A stretch of 64,000 nucleotides of DNA from the human T2T-CHM13v2.0 reference genome, Homo sapiens, in NCBI RefSeq assembly GCF_009914755.1, contig NC_060928.1, one strand, 5' to 3'. Under the pieces are notes generated by a model. That model saw only the letters and a list, made by a program, of their open reading frames with translations, was not told where the DNA came from and did no database searches. This document shows, in pieces, positions 14,596-31,725 of this stretch. The translations under genes were made by a program, and so were the position numbers. Within the stretch, counting starts at the first letter, position 1. Each line of letters starts with the position of its first letter.

Positions 14596-15067
14596 AAGAT
14601 ATACATTCAACGGGTACAAATTATTCTCTAAATTACAGCCCTTTGTCCTTCAAGAGCATATTATAAAACCACAGAAATGAACATAAACAGAGAAAATACC
14701 TGAAGATATATAACAAACGGTTAATCAGTAAATAATTAATTACGTACTTTCATTCTTTGATTCTACAAAGATTACTTGATGCCAGAACAATGCTGGGTGA
14801 TGTGCTAAGGTGCTGGAGATATAAACGAAACAAGTTAGACAAGGTGCTTGTCTCATGGAGCTTATTTTATAACGAGGGAGATGAATAATGAACAAACACA
14901 TATATAAACGAGTTCAGGCACTTACAAGTGCTATAAATACAATCAAATAGGTAATAACATAATAATGTAATTTTGGTCCACATAGATCTCCAGTCTCTTA
15001 GCGTAAAGACAACTTAATTTAATTCCTGGTCCTATCAAGCCCTCACACATTAAAAGTAGCTGCCTGT

Positions 15068-17973
<2,906 letters not shown>

Positions 17974-19458
17974 AAAAGTAGCTGCCTGTAGAAGACAGGA
18001 GGATTCCTGCATTCTTTTAAACATGCTAGCCATCTGCAGCAGATAACAGACCCCATGTAGCAAAAATTCCTTTTTGAAATCCAGTCTCATCAGCAAGTTA
18101 CTCAGGCAAATAATTTTTTCACCAGCAATTTTCCCATCCCCTTTAGTCTGTTGATGTTGCTTTCTCGTCCTGAGCTTTGAGTCCTGTTGATTTTTCTTAA
18201 GAAATCCTAGATAGGGTACAATTTATTAGAGAAGGCTTCCTGGCTTCCATGTAACAGTGTGGAAACTGATGGCAGATTGAACTGGAGAACATGGAAAAAT
18301 TACCTCCTAATAGTGCAGCCAACTCAAAAGTACCTTCCCCAGCATTTCTGAAGACAATGCAAAAATATGATGCCTTATAGGCAGCCATGCCTCAGAACAT
18401 TATTGAAACACTTGTTTCTTAAAAATTTACATTTGCTTTAATGTTGAAGTTTTTCTTCTCAAAGTCTACTGTAAAAAATTAATGAGATGCAGTCAGATGG
18501 TTATCCATAAAAATGTTCATTTCATTGTAATTTATAACACAAAAAAGTGCAAAATAAGAACCAAATTAGGCCAAAATAAGGAACTAGTTAGATAAATTAA
18601 TATATATCCTTATTTTGAGTGCTTATATACTGGCATACTACAGAGTCACTACATGTTTTGTTGCTAAAGAATATTTAATGACATGGAATTTTGTTGATGG
18701 TAGAGTTTGGTAAAAAGACAAAAAAAAAGGAAAAAGAATTTTCTATATAGTATGTACAGTGTAATTCAAATTGTATGTTTGTTCACAGAAAAATTAGTGA
18801 GCAGATATATAATCAAAAATTAATAGTGGTCAATTGGGTAACTTACAAAGCAACAATAACCTTTTTGAGGCATTTCTCAAGACTTAAAAATTTTTTTTCT
18901 AAAGTTTATATGGGTTTTCTTTGCAATCAGTTAAAGATGTTATTTTGAAATGCTTCTTCTTTTGAGTGGTGAACACTTCTTGAAGAGGAAATGGGTTCAT
19001 TCTTTGACATTCACAGAGGGGTTAGAATCAAGTCAGAGGCTAATGGCTGAGTCACCAGGTAAGGAAGGTGTAGGCAAGAGATGGAAACATAGAAAGGGGC
19101 TCATCGCAAACTCCAGTCTTTTCAGAGGAATAAGCCAGCTGACGTGAGGAACTGCTGACAAATGACACTAATGAATCATAGTGGCATTGGGAATTAGCTT
19201 GGGAGGGGAGGTTAATTCATATTGTGAAGAAATTTAGTGTGCAGAATTTGTCATTCTCTAAGATGAAATGGGCATTATTTTTAGTTTTCTTTTGTTTAAA
19301 GCTCTGAGTGGGGCCTTGAGGTACCAGCTAGAACTTCCAGGGCTTGAGTCCTAGGCCTCTTTTCTTGGATTTGCTATCAAAAGTGGTGTGGAATATTTAT
19401 CCGCAAAAACTGCAGTATGCTCGTCTATATCATGGGATTAAGAATGTCTTCTTATGTT

Positions 19459-19840
<382 letters not shown>

Positions 19841-19997
19841 CTATACATCGATAACCCAAAACAACACTCCAAACAAGCCTACATTAAAAAAAGAAATCTT
19901 TGCTATCTGTAAACACTGCACTTAGTTAAGACCTTGAGCAAATACAATGCATTTTTTTGAGACTGCCTTATCAGCGGTAAGATAAGGATAATAATAG

Positions 19998-20454
19998 TCA
20001 TGGTGGTTAGTTTTCTGTGTCAACTTGACTGCACCAAGAAATGTCCAGATTAAATGTCATTTCTGGGTATGCCTGTGAAGGTGTCTCCATGTGAGATTAG
20101 CATTGGATCAGTGGACTCAGTTAAGTAGATTGCCACCTCCAATGTGTTTGGGGATCAACCAATCCATTGAGAGTCTGAATAGAACAAAAAGGTAGAGAAA
20201 GGGGAAACTTACCCCTTTTCTTTCTCTTGCCTGCCTTTCCTAGCTGGGAAATTGTTCTTTCACTGACAATGGACTAAGATTTACACCATTGGCTCCTCTG
20301 GTTCTCAGACCTTTGGACTTGAAATGGAATGAAATCAAGGGTTTTCCTAGGACTCCAGCTTGCAGACTGCAAATCATGAAACTTCTCAGCCTCTATAATT
20401 ACATGAGGCAATTCCTCAAAATAAATACATCTCTTTCTCACACATGTGTGTGTA

Positions 20455-20491
<37 letters not shown>

Positions 20492-20525
20492 TGCTTTTTT
20501 CCTCTGGAGAACCCTAACTAGTACA
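19998..20525 (+). mobile_element. MLT2 (ERVL) solo LTR with internal (GT)n, inserted in a MIR
   Basis: TGGTTAGTTTTCTGTGTCAACTTGACTG start; CTGGAGAACCCTAACTAGTACA end. Confidence 0.85.
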
Positions 20526-21687
20526 ACAGTAACCAGTCAACAAGTTGTTATGATGATTGAATATATCAATTTATATAATATACCAAGCAGAATATCTAGC
20601 ACATATTAGTGATCAATATTTCTTATCACTAACGTTATTATCATTATCAATATCAGATTTATAGATATTATTCTTAATAAAGTTATAATTTCCCTCAAGG
20701 TTATTCAAACCAGTAGCTGATATTTCTCTCAGGTGTATTTATTCTATGAACAGTAATAACTTCTCTACAATAGAGGCCTCTCTTTATGATACATATAAGA
20801 AATTTTCATTAATTTATTGTGATCATCAAAGGTACAATAAAGACTTCAAAGTAGAAGCTGCTTCAGTTGGTACAGAACCCTTTATAGAATAGTTTCACAG
20901 GTAGATCGAGTTCTTTTTACTGTTTAAAGATAGAAATGATGAAACAAATTTATATTTTGGTGGAAATATCTTTGTTAATAATTATTAAGCAGATGGCATT
21001 GTACATAAAGTTTGCAAAGAAGCCTACTAAAATACAGATTGGCTTCCTTATAACTGGGCTTATCCTCAGTGTATCACAGAATGGTTTAGAACCTGGGAAT
21101 GTCAGCATTAGAATGGGGCATGGAGGTTGACTAGTCCACTTTAATCTATCGTATCAACCCATTTATTAGAGCCTTATATGCAGTAACTCCAGAACTAGAA
21201 ACTCTCAGCTGTAATTATCAGTTGCATTAAATGCTTTCCACAGTGCAGGAAACAACACATAACCAAAATCAAGTTCCCCATGTACTCTGGCTCTTCCATA
21301 GCTAGTGATATGAAGCTGTTCATATCTCTTGATTGTCTGAGCATAATATTACTGATGATTACAAAACCAAAAATCAACAAAAACCCTGTTTCTTGAGAGA
21401 GCATATTGCATGCTAGAGGCCTCGGTGTTTGGAGAAAATTAATGGTCAGTTTTTTGGAGAGAAAATAACATGTGCCAAGCCCCACAGGTGAGGAGTATAG
21501 ACTTCACAGCAAGATCATCGAATGTCTCAAGGTAAGGAGAGCTCAGAAAGTTGTAGCAAACATGGATAAATTGCTAGTGAGGCAAGCACTTGCTGAAATG
21601 GCTTTCCATAGAGGAGTAAGAAAATTAGCACTGGCCCATTCGGTTAACCCAATATTTTAACAAAATGTTCATTTTTACTATCATTCA

Positions 21688-21835
21688 TTTTTAAATTTAT
21701 CTTTACTTGTATTGATATATAACAGTTGTAATAGATTGAGGGTACACGTGAAATTTTGATACCTGTATAAAATGTGTAATGATCAAATCAGCATAATTGG
21801 GATAGTCATCACCCCAAACATTTCATTTTTCTTGC
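21688..21835 (-). mobile_element. L1MA 3'-end fragment
   Basis: GGGTACACGTGAAATTTTGATAC...TGTAATGATCAAATCAGCATAATTGGGATA. Confidence 0.7.
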
Positions 21836-24800
21836 TCGTGGAAGATTAAACAATGCTGGCAAAGAAATGGTTTCCTTTCCTGCCACTTTTCCATGAAAAC
21901 CAGGCTATAGATGGCTAAAGGCCAATGTCACTCCTAAAACAGTTTCATTATAAGTCATTCAGCAATCTGAATACTTTATTGTTGCATTTCAGATAGACAA
22001 ATGTTTACTATCCATGATGCTATATTACAATCACAGATATTCTACATTTACAACAGTAGGAAGACATAATTTTGGAAAAAGCTGTTTGCAATTGACTGTG
22101 GATCCATTCTATTTATAATATTGAATATAAACATGCTAATACTACAGAGAGGAAAATGTCTTCCCAGTTGAATTCCCTAACAAGCTGAGACATAGAATAT
22201 TAATTCTGCACCAATGTTGATGAATTCTGATTCTAAAAATATTTCTTTTAATGAATCATGAAATTCTTAAGTTTCAGGTTCGTTGAAACAATTAGAATAT
22301 GTTTCAGTTTTTAGAACAAATGCTTTATTAAAATGCACATTTAAATGAGACACTTCTCTAAGACCTGATACTTTAAGATGCTAAGTCCTCAATAACAATA
22401 ATTAAAGCTTACATCTCATTACTAATAAAGTGAAAAATTGAATATTGCTTATGCACTATTAAAATTCAATTTTATTTTATAAAAAAGTATTAAATGCTAC
22501 TGAATCAAAAGTCAACACTGATTGATAATTTGTCTGCATCTATTACATGAAAGCTATGGCCAAATTAGGGATACAAATAGAGAAACACATGCCTTTCTAT
22601 CGTATACGAGTAACAACCCAGGGCATGGGTTTTAGTGTGATGAAGATGTGGTCTCCTATCTCAGCTTCATGACTTATCAGCTATTTGACCTAGGGCTGCA
22701 TTCTTTAGCTTAGCTTTACCTTTTATTAAATGTGGCCACTAATGCCTACCACAGTAACTTGCTGTGAGGTTAAAATGGGAAAACACATGTCATTTTCTTG
22801 CCTTTCACCAGGGAGTGAGACATAAACTGTTTCTCTGTAGGGTTACTCTTATCTTAGGCCTTCACTTCCTGCCTTGGCCGCATCACATTCCTCCATTATA
22901 AACACTTTTTCACACTTAGAAGAATTTTACTTGCTCATTTGTTCCGATTTGGGGGTAAGAAGATAGATATTGCAAATTTAAATATAAGCTCCATGAATGC
23001 AATTACTGTGTTTCATTTGCTTTTGCTTTGCTTTTTCATTTTTACTCAAACTTTTGTATTTTGTGCTTCTGCTGTGACTGTCATATAATAGGTGCATAAG
23101 ATGAATAATAAATACTTGTTGAATAAACAAACACGTAAAAATCCCTGTAGGTCATGGGTGATACATTTTTAAGAGGGGAATAATATTCAAAACTAACAAT
23201 GAAGGTCAAATGAGAAGAAGTGGAATATGTCAGACCAGGAACTAGGAATTCAGGAGAAGTGTCTGGGGCAACACCAAGAATGAGAGTATCTGGGGGAAGC
23301 ACGTGGCAGACAGACCCAGGTGACCGTGCAAATCCTCTATCGCTAACAACAAAAGCTTTAGTGAATGTATCCACAGCATTACTTTGAAATTCAAAGGCAA
23401 CACGTAGCTAGGGTGTCATCTGCAAGTAGCAACATTTCTCTATTGATACTATAAATTATTACATAAAAACTAGCAAAGGAAGACAAGGATAGTCTTTAGA
23501 GATTTTGCAAATACCCGGAGGAGTTTTCTTAATGAAGAGGAAATATTCCGACATATGACAGAAATCTCATAACCAGGTATAAGCATCCTATAAAAAAAGG
23601 AGGATTTTTTTTAACTTACAGAGCTGTACCTCTGTAGAACACGATAGCTAATTCTGCTGCACATTAGGCAGATGAAGAGACCTGATTCTTCCAGTCTACA
23701 GATGGGTCACAGTCACATTTGCAAGAGTAGTCTGTCACCCAGAAATGTGGAGGCCAACAGAGCACCAGCCCAGGACACCCTTTCCCTACACACAGGTGGC
23801 AGAAATATGTGGCCCTGGCTTGCTGGAAGTTCTCTACTTTAAAACCAACTAGCTTCTCTCTCTCCTGAGTCCCAAAAGACAGACTGCCTGGCAGCCTCAA
23901 CAGCTGTTGCAATCACGCCAGTCCAGAGGGGAAGAGACCCACAAAACCTTCAAACACTTCGAAGCTTAAGCTGATTTTGTCAACTAGAATTTAGTTTTAC
24001 ATGATTCATCATTTGAACCATTACTGCAAAATACTTATGTGTGCTAAAAGAAAATCTTTGAAGACCTGATGCCTAAATCACTGAAGAACCATTATCGATT
24101 TAGGCCACACAGTTGCTATGAGCTGTTTTTGAATGATGCTATTTTTGCATTTTTTTCCCTCAAGCAGCAGGCAATTTTGATACACCTACTCCTTGCCAGG
24201 CACTATGTTAGCCTTAGAGATTGGAAGGGTTAAACATAGTGCAATGCTTCCATTGTCACAAAATAAAGATGCTGGGCCCACAGATGTAAGGTAACAGATC
24301 CACCACTGAGTAAAAGGGTTTGATTGTAAAAGTTGAAAAAATAATGAAAAAGAAAAATTAGTTCTTCAGAAAATAAGAATGTAAAATTGGACCTAATTTT
24401 TCTTTTCACAAGCACTAATAGTTAAAATTCTGTTCATAAGTGAAACATAGACTCTCAACTATTATCATTTAAAATGCAATTATGAAAATATAATAAGTAA
24501 TTTTTCATTTCTTTTTTCTTTTGTCTAAGTTTCTCTACATTATTTATTAATTAGTTCTTGCAAGGATCTCAAGAGATAAGGATTATATTGCTAATATCCT
24601 GGTTGTAGAGATTTTAATAACTTAACTCAAATCAGCAAAGTTAAGATTAAAATAGGAATGAAATGAACAAGGGAAGTTATTTTATTGTATAAAAGAATTT
24701 CAGAGTTGGAAGAGGTTTTGTAGAGTACCTAATCCAACCTTTGCATTATATAAAATAAGACTGTGAAGATGAGCAACTTGTTTATAGGTCACACAGTTGC

Positions 24801-25115
24801 TGACAGGTCCAATTTCAAAACCACCTCAAATTACTGTACATTTCTCATTGCTTCTGTTAGCCATCCATACCAGTCATTGCCTAACAATTTAAGACTAGAT
24901 ACTGGGCAAGGTGTTGTGATTTTGTGAACCAGAAATGCAGTTCTTGTTCATTAGGACTCTTCTCTATAGGAGGGTACAATAAAGGGTTTGAACATTGCAA
25001 TGGAAGAGCAGGAAACTTCATGAACTAAGAGAGACAGGTGTAGTTCTTGTTCCCTAGAAATAAATCCCAATATGCATGCAGAGGGACGATATGGCCCAGG
25101 AACATTTACAAGAAA

Positions 25116-25372
25116 TATGTATATCTATATATTTATATAGATATAAATACATATATATATATATACACCACAGATGGTATATATATTTATATCTATATAT
25201 TTAGATATATCTATATATTTATATCTATATATTTAGATATATCTATATATAGATATATTTATATCTATATAAATATAAAAAGCAAAGCAAAAGCAATCCA
25301 CAGGTGGATATATATATATATATATATATATACACCCCACAGGTGTTTTTTATATATATACACCACAGGTGG

Positions 25373-25405
<33 letters not shown>

Positions 25406-25421
25406 GACACCACAGGTGGAG

Positions 25422-25455
<34 letters not shown>

Positions 25456-25544
25456 CACAGGTAGATATATATATATATATACACACACACACATATATAT
25501 ATACACACATATATATATACACACACATATATATATACACACAC

Positions 25545-25577
<33 letters not shown>

Positions 25578-25621
25578 CCCCACAGGTGGATATATATATA
25601 TGTGTACACCACAGGTGGAGC

Positions 25622-25652
<31 letters not shown>
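25116..25652. repeat. Compound (TA)n/(CA)n repeat punctuated by 8 CCACAGGTGG-like units
   Basis: Units near 25168, 25298, 25337, 25363, 25410, 25455, 25580 and 25609. Confidence 0.92.
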
Positions 25653-25653
<1 letters not shown>

Positions 25654-28399
25654 TCTGCACAGCATGAGTACACATGCAATAATATAAAATAATATAAGTG
25701 GTAAGGGCCCTGGTCACTAGAGATTGCCTTCTGTATTTAAAATGAGAGCAACCATACTCAGGCGTACCTCTCTCTTGCCTTGTGTGGGCATGAGCTCCAT
25801 GTCACCAGATTTGATTTTTTTTTTCCAGAGACATCAACAGTATAGACTTTAGGAGATGGTCTAAAGCTCTTAGCTTGGTTGCTCGCCTGAGAGAAGCAGA
25901 GTTAGAACAAGTGAAGTCTACCCAGTTAGCAAAAGCACAATATATAAAGATCGTCTTTAAAATTATTTGTGTTTAAATTCACACCTTCCCCTTGGGAATC
26001 TTCGCACGGATTTGCTAATTGGGTTTCTCTGAATATTCAGTTGTTCACCGCTGACTGACTAGACTTCCCAAAGCCTTGATAACTGGAGAATTTCCAAATG
26101 CTGCATTTTTTTCAGCCAGGCAGATGGCATGGTAATGGTAGATGTGAACTTATGTCCTTTTTCCTTTTATAGCAGTGCCTGAGTATCTGACTGACCTACT
26201 GGGATTAATTTACTCTTACAATAGGTGATAATAGAGCCCAATTCCAGAAGTGGGGTGCTCAGCAGTTCTTGCTACCATGTACCATTTTCACAGCCTTAAT
26301 GTGGGACCAGAGCAGTATAAGGGCTTAACATATATTTTCTCCTTTATTCAAACATTACTCCTAAGTACTATTATTGTTCAAATTCAGCTAGAAAACTGAG
26401 ACTCACAGAGGTTAGTTAAACAACTTTCAAAGTCAAACACCTATTAAATGGTTGAGAGTGACTGAAATCTGGATACCTTAATTTTAAAAGTCAGTGCTTT
26501 CGCTGTTGTATCTCCCCATGAGGCCAACCCAAGTGGTCAACCAGTAAAAAATTTGGTAAGTATCATGTGATTTTCTCTACAAAACAGTGAACAATCTAGT
26601 GGACAACATTTTTCTTTTCAGTTTAAACTAGAAATTCGTATTTTCTTTAAAGTGTAAGGTAGAAATGACTAGATTTCCTGGTATCTTGTAAAGGAGGCAA
26701 AATCAACAGTAAGAAGGGGGCTAATATTTTCAGTCTCTGGGGACCAATTATTACATTGGGTATACTTCCATTATAATAAAGATAGATATACAAACATGCA
26801 TGCATACATACATACATATAACCATATCAAAAACAGGCTTGGGTAACAGAAAACTAACAGGAAAAAAATCCTATAGTTTGAAAGGGAGGTATCGAAGTTC
26901 AAAGTAGCACTCTCTCTTCCGATGCATTAGTGATGGTGTTGGAAATGGCAGTGGGCTGGGGAAGGGTAAAAGCGATGGTATGTATGTATTAAGGTTCTCT
27001 TCCTCTAACCTTGGAATCACATTAAGTTTCAAATACTTGTCCCATACCCTGCTAACTCTATGAATTTTGGCAAGCAATAACCATGTCAGGCCTTTTTTTC
27101 GTTGATCTTGGTGGAAAGAATAAATGAAATAATGTATATCAAGTGCCTGACAGTGTCCAGCACAGAGTAGGTACCCATAATAATCACTTCTTCTCTTTCC
27201 TCCTCCTTTACTGATTCTCTGCTCAGCAGTGGAGGAGTTTCAAAGCATGGGGCATATTAATATGGTAAGATTATTTGAAGATGTTCATTTAGAATATGCA
27301 CCAGTATTTTCATTTAAATTAGTTCACTCTTCAAATCAGCATGGTGCTCCAAAAGGTAACAATGTTTTGGCGATGAATATGTGCCAGCAACTTGGATTAT
27401 TTTAAGGCTTGTATAATATTTATCTATGAAAAAATTTTCCCCTTTAAACATTCAATAAGCTCATAGCCATTTGCTTAAGTATTCCATCCAAGCATAAAAG
27501 CTTCCCAATGAACGAGAGCACTGTCTTGTGACAAAGCTTATTTCTGTGTATTTTTAATAAGAAAGGGTTCAGAATGGTGATTTCTTGATATCCATTCAGG
27601 CTTTGAAAAGAGATCTTATCCAAGCAATACATTTTCTGAAAGTGTAAAGGGAGTGGTAAACTGTTCAGAAAGGGAGGAGGATCTCATTTCTTTCTTTTTT
27701 TTTTTCCCCCAGGAAAAAGTTCTCTGCAAAACCACAGGTGGACATAAAAGTATCCAGACAACTACACTCTCGCAGAGATCTTAGGACTGTTAAAAAAAAA
27801 AAAAGGAAATATACATATATATGCACAAAATTGCTGATAACCATAATAAAAATAATGCAGAAATTCTCCAGACTTGGAAAGTTTAAAACATTATGAAACT
27901 TCTTCCTTACAGTTACATAGCACAATTATTTGTGTATTCAGCTCTGAAATTTTCGTCTTCACAAATGACAGTGAATATTCTGCTGTAGCAGATGCTTAAT
28001 CCATTAAATAAGTGGGAGTCACTAAAAAATCCCTGTCTCATGAAGTGGAATCCTACTATTTGGCTGAATTTTCCTCTGGTTTTCCAGGAGGAATACGCAG
28101 GATACAAAATTTGATACTGACTTCTTTATGGTATCAAGAGTGACAGTTACATAAAAACATATCTGGTCTTTCTGACTTTTCAAAACTATATTTTTACTTA
28201 AATTACAAACAGAAAACAGATTTTCATGTTATTGGCTGGCGATTTTATGGGATGGAGGATTTAACAGAGCTGTGATTTAGAATTAATTGTTTGCTTTTCT
28301 AAAAAAAACATAGTCAACAACTACCCTAGGAGATCTGACCCAGTAGGTACTTAAAGCGAGGATGGGAAAGGCTGTATTTTCTTTTTAAATCTTCTCAGA

Positions 28400-28965
28400 A
28401 AAAGTAGCAATATATATCAAACATATGTTAAAATAGTAAAATATATGTAATATAAATATATATTATACTCATATATGTTTCTATATTATATGCATATATT
28501 TAAATATACATATACAAATATGTATATATCTACACTGTATCTCAGAAATTATCTACAAATATGTCATTTATCTTGACATGTAAAAGTACACATATACAGA
28601 ACTGTTCATGACAGCTTTTTTTAAATTATTGAAGAAATAGACTCAATTTGAATGGCCACCAGTGGGGAATGCGTTTAAACGAATTATGATACAGCCATAT
28701 AATGGAGTGCCATGTAACTAGTAGAAACACAATGTTAGATTTATATAGTTGAAATAGATTAAATAAAAGCTATCCAACAAATCTATCTATATTGTTAGAT
28801 TATGGTATATTGTAGAGTAAGGCAGAAAATTTTAGGAAAATTATACAGGAGAGGAGATCTTTATTTTCATCTTAATTCCTTCTCTGTGAGCTAAATGCTA
28901 TTGTTTTCATTTGTATTTGCATGCATTACTTTTTACTTTAACGGATAAAACAAATTAAAAAATGC
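28400..28965 (+). mobile_element. Old L1M (ME-like) 3' fragment, apparently inside a MER5-like element
   Basis: GTTCATGACAGC...AATTATGATACAGCCATATAATGGAGTG...CATGCATTACTTTT; MER5-like ends on both sides. Confidence 0.5.
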
Positions 28966-29213
28966 ACACAGCAATCCTGATGTTCAGCCAGTACCGAGAA
29001 CACTGTGGCCCTCATATCATGTTAAGGTGCTAGAACAAGGTTTAATCACTAGAGTGTTTGTTGCTCCATCAACCTAAAATATTAATACAAATTTTGCCCG
29101 GGGTAAAAAAGTATTCATTTCATATTAAGAATGTTTCAAAATATTTTGTTTCAAAACATTTTTGAAACTTAAAATGTTTTGAATCATAAAGCAACCTTGA
29201 GTAGGTAGCCTAC

Positions 29214-29620
29214 AGAAAATGTGGCACATATACACCATGGAATACTACGCAGCCATAAAAAATGATAAGTTCAAGTCCTTTGTAGGGACATGGATGAAAT
29301 TGGAAATCATCATTCTCAGTAAACTATCACAAGAACAAAAAACCAAACACCGCATATTCTCACTCATAGGTGGGAATTGAACAATGAGAACACATGGACA
29401 CAGGAAGGGGAACATCACACTCTAGGGACTGTGGTGGGGTGTGGGGAGGGGGGAGGGATAGCATTAGGAGTATACCTAATGCTAAATGACGAGTTAATGG
29501 GTGCAGCACACCAGCATGGCACATGTATACACATGTAACTAACCTGCACATTGTGCACATGTACCCTAAAACTTAAAGTATAATAATAATAATAATAAAA
29601 GAAATATAATGGGAAAAAAA
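29214..29620 (+). mobile_element. Short 5'-truncated L1PA2/PA3-like 3' end
   Basis: AAATTGGAAATCATCATTCTCAGTAAAC, CACCAGCATGG, GTAACTAACC; A-rich tail; no clear TSD. Confidence 0.95.
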
Positions 29621-29660
29621 ACATAACTGAGATGTTTTGATGTTTTAAGTAACTACCTGA

Positions 29661-30002
<342 letters not shown>

Positions 30003-31321
30003 AAGGTATGTTTTAAGTAGACTACCTGCTTGAGGTAGATTTATGATACATACCCATTATCGTGACAATGAAATAAAATGAAATGTGATGAGAAAGTGAA
30101 CCATTCCACACCATCACCTAAGCAGGGCAGCACACGAAGACCTGATGTAACGCTGACAATGTTAACACCCCTGTGTGATGTCCAACTAAAAATAATAAAA
30201 AAAGAAGGTGAAAAATTTCCCCATGCTGTCAATCAATAATGATGTCATCATGACCCTGATAGAAAACTCAGTCCAGGAGGTTGATGGTACTAAATTAGAA
30301 ATATCCATCTTTCCCTTTGGCAAATCCTCTTTTTTTTTTTTTTTTTGTCGTAAGTATTACATGCTAACCTTGTAATGAGAGGGCAGAGAGGTAATGGGGA
30401 CCAACAGCAAGGACCCTCTGGAAGCCTAGAGCCTTGGGTCCCATCCTAAAAGATAAGCACTGAGCACATCACACTTAACCTCTCAGCATTTCAACTTTCC
30501 TATCATCTATGAGATGAGAATAATACTTGCTATCTACCCCATAAAGGGGTTGAAAGGGATGCTGAGAAAGTCCATGGAAAGCACTTTGAACTTCTCAGAA
30601 GTAAGATTTTACAGAAGTACAAAGCCTCACATCAAAAGACACACTCATACCTTTCTGTGACATCAATGAGTGTTTCATAGATAGGATTATGCATAGGTCT
30701 GACGCTGAATGTGCTTTATCATTAAAATAATTTCTACGGCAATTTCTTTTCTTTTTACCTGGACATATGAATGCATATGCAGCCTTGACAAATCTTATAC
30801 TCCTTCTCAGATCACTGTGAGGGGTCTCTGAGGCTCATTTTTGGCTCACCAAGCTGTGTTATTTAGCCAACAGGTATAAAATGTGGTACCCCCTACTTCT
30901 ATCTTTAGGCATTGCTAGAAAGTAATCTTCTGGAGAAAGAAAAGTAGAATAAATTTCAGTAGGTTATTGATGACATCATGTGTTATGGCCATATTTGACA
31001 CAGAACAGAACTAATTCATTCAAACTCCTTGTTAGCACCAACCTCTTCTGAAATTACAGCTGTTTCTACTGCTATCTAGTCTACATTATTAAGTACCACC
31101 TGTGCACTCAGCCCTATAGAGGAATGTTCCATCAGTCTTGGAAAAGGAATTTGTCTGCTAGATAGTGTTAAAATTACATAGCCATTCAAATCTTTCTTCG
31201 ATACCTTGAAAATAGATTCTTAATACTGGCTATGTATTAAAATCACCTGAGTCCACTGGAGAGGAGCTAAATCATAATCTCTGTGGCTGCTTCTGCCACA
31301 CAGAGATGTTTTATGAGATTC

Positions 31322-31725
31322 CACATGTGCATGTTAATAGCAGCACTACTCATAATAGCCAAGTAGTGGAAACAGCCAAATGTCCATTTGCAGATAAATG
31401 AATAAACCAGCTAGATATGTGGGATGTTATTCAGATGTAAACAAATAAATGGATTACTGATATGCTACAACATGGATGGACCTCAAAAACATCACACTAA
31501 GTGGGAAAAAAAGACACAAAAGGTCACAGGTTGTGCAATTCCATTTATATGAAATATCCAGAATAGGTAAGTGTGTAGACACAGAATTCAGATTTGTGAT
31601 TGCCAGGGGTAAGGGAGAGGTGAGAAACGAAGAACAACTGCTTAATGAGTATAGATTATCCCTTTGGTATGATAAGAATATTTTGGAACTAGATTGAAAA
31701 TGTTGATGCATGACATTGTAAATGT
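31322..31725 (+). mobile_element. L1MB/MC 3'-end fragment
   Basis: GCTACAACATGGATGGACCTCAAAAACAT...TTCCATTTATATGAAATATCCAGAATAGG. Confidence 0.8.

Noticed and set aside
23480-23900. Possible coding exons (CAG|GTATAA donor, TTACAG acceptor) and a CTCF-like ACACAGGTGGCAG
   Set aside because: The protein-like frame is closed by stops, the implied intron is only ~45 nt, and the CTCF match is partial.
25047-25717. Five overlapping 109-206 aa ORFs, and a CRISPR-like repeat-spacer appearance
   Set aside because: The ORFs are translations of stop-free (TA)/(CA) runs. The repeats are only ~11 bp, the spacers are low complexity, there are no cas genes, and the DNA is primate.
27685-27790. Strong-looking acceptor (pyrimidine tract + CAG) and another CCACAGGTGGA
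   Set aside because: No convincing donor or recognisable peptide; a single 11-mer match to the 25.3-kb repeat unit cannot be distinguished from chance.
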